NCBI GenBank assembly: GCA_963932905.1 | Contig: CAWVRN010000013.1 | Coordinates: 1 to 64,000, forward strand | DNA from: an uncultured Bdellovibrio sp. | Lineage (GTDB): Bacteria; Bdellovibrionota; Bdellovibrionia; Bdellovibrionales; Bdellovibrionaceae | DNA: 64,000 bases | Direction of reading: 5' to 3' | Shown: positions 59,673 through 64,000 of the stretch, piece after piece | How positions within the stretch are numbered: the stretch's first letter is position 1 | Layout of the letters: every line of letters begins with the position of its first letter | Made by a program: the position numbers and the translations under genes | The notes under the pieces: generated by a model | Database searches by the model: none | What the model was told of the DNA's origin: nothing | What the model saw: only the letters and a program-made list of their open reading frames with translations

Positions 59673-60281
59673 TTGGAAATTCAAACTCAGTTTATCAATC
59701 CGTTTCCAGTTGAGTTACTTGTACGAGATTTCGAAATGCCTCCAAACTGGAATGAGAATTTGGATTTATTTATTCGCACCCAAGTTTTCAAAAACCAACA
59801 AATATATAATCCGAACAATCCTAGCATGTTTGATGAAATCAATATCTTTGCAAATGAATATGTTGATAAAAGTGAAGAACTGCAAATCCTCTATAAAATG
59901 TTTTACGACGGCTTTAAAGATCTTGCCCTACATAGTGACCCGAACATTTTACCTGAATCTATTTCTAAAATGGATTTTAAGGGAAAAGTCCCTTTCATGA
60001 AGTCTGGCGACTTTAAGAAAGTTCACAATCATGTTAAGGCGGATGCCTACGGAATTTTTTATTTGAATGAAATCGCACCCAAGTCTGGTGGCCAACTGAT
60101 CTTGCACCATCCTGTTTTTCACAATCAAGTATATTATACCGCTCCTGCAGAGTATCCTATTCCTCATAAAAAAAATCGCCTCATTGTTGGTCCTAGCTAT
60201 GTATGGCACGAAGTGAGCTATTATTCGGGTAAAACGGAACGGCAGGTTATATCTGCTGACTGCAACCTATTTTGGACATAA
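59673..60281 (+). CDS. 2OG-Fe(II) oxygenase-like protein (HxH...H)
   Basis: PFPV, VHNH, GIFYL, GGQL, PSYVWHEV, RQVIS; GGAGG RBS with TTG start. Confidence 0.8.
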   Translation: MEIQTQFINPFPVELLVRDFEMPPNWNENLDLFIRTQVFKNQQIYNPNNPSMFDEINIFANEYVDKSEELQILYKMFYDGFKDLALHSDPNILPESISKMDFKGKVPFMKSGDFKKVHNHVKADAYGIFYLNEIAPKSGGQLILHHPVFHNQVYYTAPAEYPIPHKKNRLIVGPSYVWHEVSYYSGKTERQVISADCNLFWT

Positions 60282-60293
60282 AATTTTACGCGA

Positions 60294-60845
60294 GTGAGTA
60301 TCACAATGATTACAAAAAAATATATTGGCGCCGGTGCCTATGAAGTTCAAGGTTTGGGTAATGAAATTCTTTTTCCCATTCAAAGCCTCATACCAGGGGA
60401 TGAAATTAAATTCGAACGCGAAAACGATCGCCTAATTACGGCTGCAGTTAGCCACTTACCTAGCTTATTGGGACTTTTTATCTTAAATTCTGATTACGCG
60501 CAGACCAACGTTGACCATAATCAACTTACCCGAGCCTGGGCCTGGGAGTGGCATAGTGACTCGGTAAATAACCCTCAAGTAGATTGTAAAGTAATACTCT
60601 ACTTCGTCAGTGAGGACCTTACGGAAGAAACTGGAAATCGAATTTGCTTTAGAAAAAAAACAGAAAATAATGAATACACTTACGATATAAAAAATAACTC
60701 ATTGATCGTCCAACGTTCAGATCCACACGGAGTGTATCAACACAAAAGGGAACCAAGTCGAAAACCTATCAAAAGCAGAATTATTTTGTCAATGAATTGC
60801 CTGGGCTTCGATACTTTTTTAAAAAGTGTCCCCGATGCCATATAG
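60294..60845 (+). CDS. 2OG-Fe(II) oxygenase-like protein
   Basis: WHSD..ILYF..G..I.F..YQHK..RI. Confidence 0.7.
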   Translation: MSITMITKKYIGAGAYEVQGLGNEILFPIQSLIPGDEIKFERENDRLITAAVSHLPSLLGLFILNSDYAQTNVDHNQLTRAWAWEWHSDSVNNPQVDCKVILYFVSEDLTEETGNRICFRKKTENNEYTYDIKNNSLIVQRSDPHGVYQHKREPSRKPIKSRIILSMNCLGFDTFLKSVPDAI

Positions 60846-60856
60846 CACAAACTCTG

Positions 60857-61726
60857 ATGACACAATTTAAAGTCTTTATTTTTTCTATATTTTTCGGCTC
60901 TACTACGTTGTTCGCAACCGAGGAATTTCAGTTCTTTTTTCAAAATGATTTATTTATCAGAAAAAATTCTTGCGGTGAAAAAGAAATAGGATATCCAAAA
61001 GCCATAAGAATTGAAACACATTTACCCAAAAGTATTATAAAAAATAATTTGAAAATAACCGTCAAAGAGGCGAACTCCAATTTTAGCCAAACAATTATAT
61101 ACAATGGAAGTTCATTTTTTTATCCTGGGGTGTTTGGGGAAAAGGGACATTCTGAATACGGAATGCCTTTGTGTGAAGCTCATTTGGCTGGCTGTAGTTT
61201 TTTCTTTTTTGTATTCGACTTTGAAAAGCTGTCTTCTAGAAGTATTTGGAAACTTGATATCAGAATAGAAGAACTCGATTCAAAAAAAATTGTCATCGAA
61301 AAATCTAAAATTCTAGTTAAAAACGAGTTTTCAAAAAAAAAGGACGCCTATTTAATAAATGAAATCGATTTTATAGATGCCACCCCCAGCAAAAACGCGG
61401 TTGCTTTGGTTAGTCCCCAAAAAATAAAAAAAATATTAAAAGAAGGATATAATGTGGACTTCATTTTTTCGTGGAGAAGCACAGAGGAACAAATTGGCTA
61501 TTCGGAAAAATTTCATAATATAAAATTAGATAGTGAATGGATAAAACAAAATAACCCGAAATTTCCATTTAACGAAGATCCAACGAAGCCGAAAACCTAT
61601 TTGAGCTTTATGGTTTATTTGACAAAAAAAAATGTCGCTTTTGAAACAAAAATTGTTATTTTAGATAACAAGTACTCAGATTTTTTTTCTAAGTGCAAAA
61701 ACCCGACTTCATCAGGTGGAAAATGA
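60857..61726 (+). CDS. Secreted hypothetical protein (paralog of next gene)
   Basis: Signal peptide MTQFKVFIFSIFFGSTTLFA; four Cys conserved with its neighbour. Confidence 0.7.
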   Translation: MTQFKVFIFSIFFGSTTLFATEEFQFFFQNDLFIRKNSCGEKEIGYPKAIRIETHLPKSIIKNNLKITVKEANSNFSQTIIYNGSSFFYPGVFGEKGHSEYGMPLCEAHLAGCSFFFFVFDFEKLSSRSIWKLDIRIEELDSKKIVIEKSKILVKNEFSKKKDAYLINEIDFIDATPSKNAVALVSPQKIKKILKEGYNVDFIFSWRSTEEQIGYSEKFHNIKLDSEWIKQNNPKFPFNEDPTKPKTYLSFMVYLTKKNVAFETKIVILDNKYSDFFSKCKNPTSSGGK

Positions 61727-62646
61727 AAAAGCTATTTTTTGTATGTTTTTCGGTTGTTATAATGATACTTCTTATCTGGACATTAAGTCCAAACCCTAGC
61801 AATTTGGTTATAACGCAGCAACAGGTAAAGGAACTTTCACCTAACCAACCACCTCAGGTTGACCATGTCAGGTTTCACAATATTATCTTAACTGAGAAAA
61901 ATGAGTGCGGGCAAACCCGAGAAAGCACTATTAGGGTATTTGATTTAGTATTTTTTGCTCCTCTGGAATTGACTAGGGACAAATTGAGAATCATCGTCAC
62001 AGAAGAGGTATCGGGCAACCAGCAAGAGATTTTTTTTGATGGAAACTCATTTTTGTATAAAAAATTAAATGCCAATTCCGATGTCCAAGACTTTGGAGTT
62101 CCTGAAAAATGCATAAGCCGCGATCCGTGTCCATTTTTTGTCAAAGTAAAACCCGAATATTGGAAAAATTTGAAAAGGGAAGTTCGGTTTTCCGTGAATA
62201 TATTTAACTCAAACAACCAATCCGAACCTGCACTGGTAAAAAAATATGACACAGAAGAGAATCAATTTTTAACTTCTTTTGCCGCCCCTCGAAACGAAAT
62301 CAGTGTTTTGTCTTCATTTGATCCAAAGACAAAGACAGTTTACGCTTATTTACCTAAAACCCCCGTCATTGACCAATTGAATAAAAGTACTGAGCTGTAT
62401 TTGGTCATACAGACAAAGAACAAAGTAGAGCAAAATTTTCTAGATAAATTTGAGTTCGATGTAAACCTTTTTGGACTAGAAAAGCGCATACGTGGAGACA
62501 ATTTTGAATACAAGACTAAGATAAATTCATCAGACCCTGCTTACCTCAATACAAGCTTTTATATGATTAGAAAAAACTTGTCCGAGGCCCACAGCGTAAT
62601 TTCTATAAACAAATCTGATCCATTTTTCAATTGTTCACAACAGTAG
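61723..62646 (+). CDS. Membrane-anchored/secreted hypothetical protein (paralog of previous gene)
   Basis: ATGA overlap; N-terminal hydrophobic helix. Confidence 0.7.
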   Translation: MKKLFFVCFSVVIMILLIWTLSPNPSNLVITQQQVKELSPNQPPQVDHVRFHNIILTEKNECGQTRESTIRVFDLVFFAPLELTRDKLRIIVTEEVSGNQQEIFFDGNSFLYKKLNANSDVQDFGVPEKCISRDPCPFFVKVKPEYWKNLKREVRFSVNIFNSNNQSEPALVKKYDTEENQFLTSFAAPRNEISVLSSFDPKTKTVYAYLPKTPVIDQLNKSTELYLVIQTKNKVEQNFLDKFEFDVNLFGLEKRIRGDNFEYKTKINSSDPAYLNTSFYMIRKNLSEAHSVISINKSDPFFNCSQQ

Positions 62647-63667
62647 ATCGATCGATGTATGCAAAAGTTGCTTTAAACGGACAGTCCGCGGTGCTTGCGC
62701 GTTTTGTAAAGCTATGCTTTACAAAACAGCCCAAAGTGCATCGATTAAAATACTTACACTCTAGGCAATTGTATTTTTCCATAAAATTCATTTCCACAGC
62801 ACTGTTGTCATTTGATTCAATTACGACGTCAAATAGCGGCGATACAGATTTGTTTTGTAAAATCAAATTACCACATTTACATTCGGTTCCATCACCAAGT
62901 AAAAGTTTTGAACTACGACAAGACATCGTATTATAGGAATTTTCAATCCATTCCCTGATGGGATTTACTTTTGGAAAGTTATCTACAAGGTATTTAAAAA
63001 ATACAACCAAATCATCATCATTTGGCATCATTAGCTGGTAATCATCTGCCGGAGAATAATAGTCAAAATAGATATAAAAGTTTTTTTCGTACAAATATTC
63101 AAAATATCGATCGCCAGAGTTCAACATCAAACTTATAAGTGGCTTCGTAATAAGCATACTAATACAACTAATTTCGTCGGAAAAAAATTCGACGTTGCTT
63201 TTAAAAAGTTCAAAATTGCTGTGACTAAAGCGCCCCCTCGGATCATAAGATGTGACCAGGTTATATGCGATGTTATTCTTTTTAAGATCGGCGAAGAGAG
63301 CCCGTATTTGGCTCTGTCTATTATTTACTAAGTTTGAAACAAAATTGAAAACTACTTTTTTATTGTTCTTCCGAGTGAATCTATCGACTTCGTCGCAGAG
63401 GTAAAAATAGTCACTTTGCAAATTTTCGTCAAATAGGTCATCGGCAAAAATCTCGCCACCCATTATATTTATTGTAAATTCAAACCGCTCGTCTTTATCC
63501 AGCATTGCGATTAACTGTGGTACTTTATTTCTAACTTCGGCTACCCCTTTTAACGCAGAATGATCTTGCCAACAAAACTTACAGGCCAAGTTACACTTTT
63601 CAAATAGGTGCAAGGTGTACTCTTGATTGGGGCTTCGTTTGTTTTTCAAAACAAAATCGCTTATCAT
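62627..63667 (-). CDS. Radical SAM protein with SPASM-like C-terminus
   Basis: CNLACKFC, MGGE, SCRS, CKCG, CLECKYFNRCTLGC..CPF. Confidence 0.9.
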   Translation of the reverse strand: MISDFVLKNKRSPNQEYTLHLFEKCNLACKFCWQDHSALKGVAEVRNKVPQLIAMLDKDERFEFTINIMGGEIFADDLFDENLQSDYFYLCDEVDRFTRKNNKKVVFNFVSNLVNNRQSQIRALFADLKKNNIAYNLVTSYDPRGRFSHSNFELFKSNVEFFSDEISCISMLITKPLISLMLNSGDRYFEYLYEKNFYIYFDYYSPADDYQLMMPNDDDLVVFFKYLVDNFPKVNPIREWIENSYNTMSCRSSKLLLGDGTECKCGNLILQNKSVSPLFDVVIESNDNSAVEMNFMEKYNCLECKYFNRCTLGCFVKHSFTKRASTADCPFKATFAYIDRSTVVNN

Positions 63668-64000
63668 AGTCGAACCTCAGGTTGTCTCTTTTTTACAAGA
63701 ACATTTCCGGCTTCTTTTTTATTTATTTCGATTACTTTTTTTGCTATCTCTTTCATTCCCGAACAGTGGCGTTCTATCGAGTCGTGTTGCTTCAGGTCGT
63801 GGATTGTTTTTTTACATCCGTTGCAAATATTAAACATCGGACATGTGTAACATTCAATTTTAAGTGCATTCAGTTCCGTCTGATTTAGAAGAGGTCGATG
63901 GACATTGACATCTGACATTTCCTGCTCAAAAGAAATGGGATAAAGTCGGTCATCCGCAAATGCCCCACAACTATAGTAGTCACCGGATGGCTGCAAACAT
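63664..64000 (-). CDS. Radical SAM/SPASM protein, C-terminal part (5' end outside the window)
   Basis: Frame open to the window edge; PSGDYYSCG, CYTCPMFNICNGC..HC. Confidence 0.8.
   Translation of the reverse strand, partial: CLQPSGDYYSCGAFADDRLYPISFEQEMSDVNVHRPLLNQTELNALKIECYTCPMFNICNGCKKTIHDLKQHDSIERHCSGMKEIAKKVIEINKKEAGNVLVKKRQPEVRL

Noticed and set aside
974..62936. Numerous 60-125 aa ORFs nested in or antisense to long genes
   Set aside because: Shadow ORFs of well-supported CDSs with no RBS or domain evidence
1..64000. CRISPR array, rRNA, transposase or integrase
   Set aside because: No regularly spaced repeat-spacer array, rRNA-like sequence or recombinase motifs were seen by eye
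52694..64000. RiPP precursor peptide within the rSAM island
   Set aside because: The intergenic gaps are short and the small ORFs in the track (e.g. 59710-60000, 60737-60943, 63608-63888) overlap well-supported genes; no convincing precursor lies in this window

Overview
Bacterial chromosomal window. Gene content and style (A2-type caa3 oxidase operon, many secreted or lipoprotein hypotheticals, RRM protein) suggest a Bdellovibrionota-like organism; this is inferred, not confirmed. There are three zones. (1) 1-~3940 is the end of an integrated mobile element abutting the 3' end of a minus-strand tRNA-Ser(GGA). It carries ArdA antirestriction, a DUF4238-like gene, XRE/RHH regulators, highly structured intergenic DNA and candidate integrase arm sites. 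(2) ~4100-52700 is mostly core or housekeeping genes: AmpG, SlyD, TesA-YbbAP, TetR-TolC-RND, Sua5, a MacB/LolA-like ABC export module, OlsBA-like genes, FAH/MaiA, cytochrome c oxidase, a FabG/FabH-like/acyl-CoA ligase cluster and a histidine kinase. It also holds a striking 235-bp nested perfect inverted repeat at 40444-40678. (3) 52694-64000+ is a visibly AT-rich island with four radical SAM genes (one B12-dependent, three with Cys-rich SPASM-like tails), three 2OG-Fe(II) oxygenases and two pairs of paralogous unknown proteins. It runs off the window and is the best candidate for an undescribed modification or biosynthetic system.
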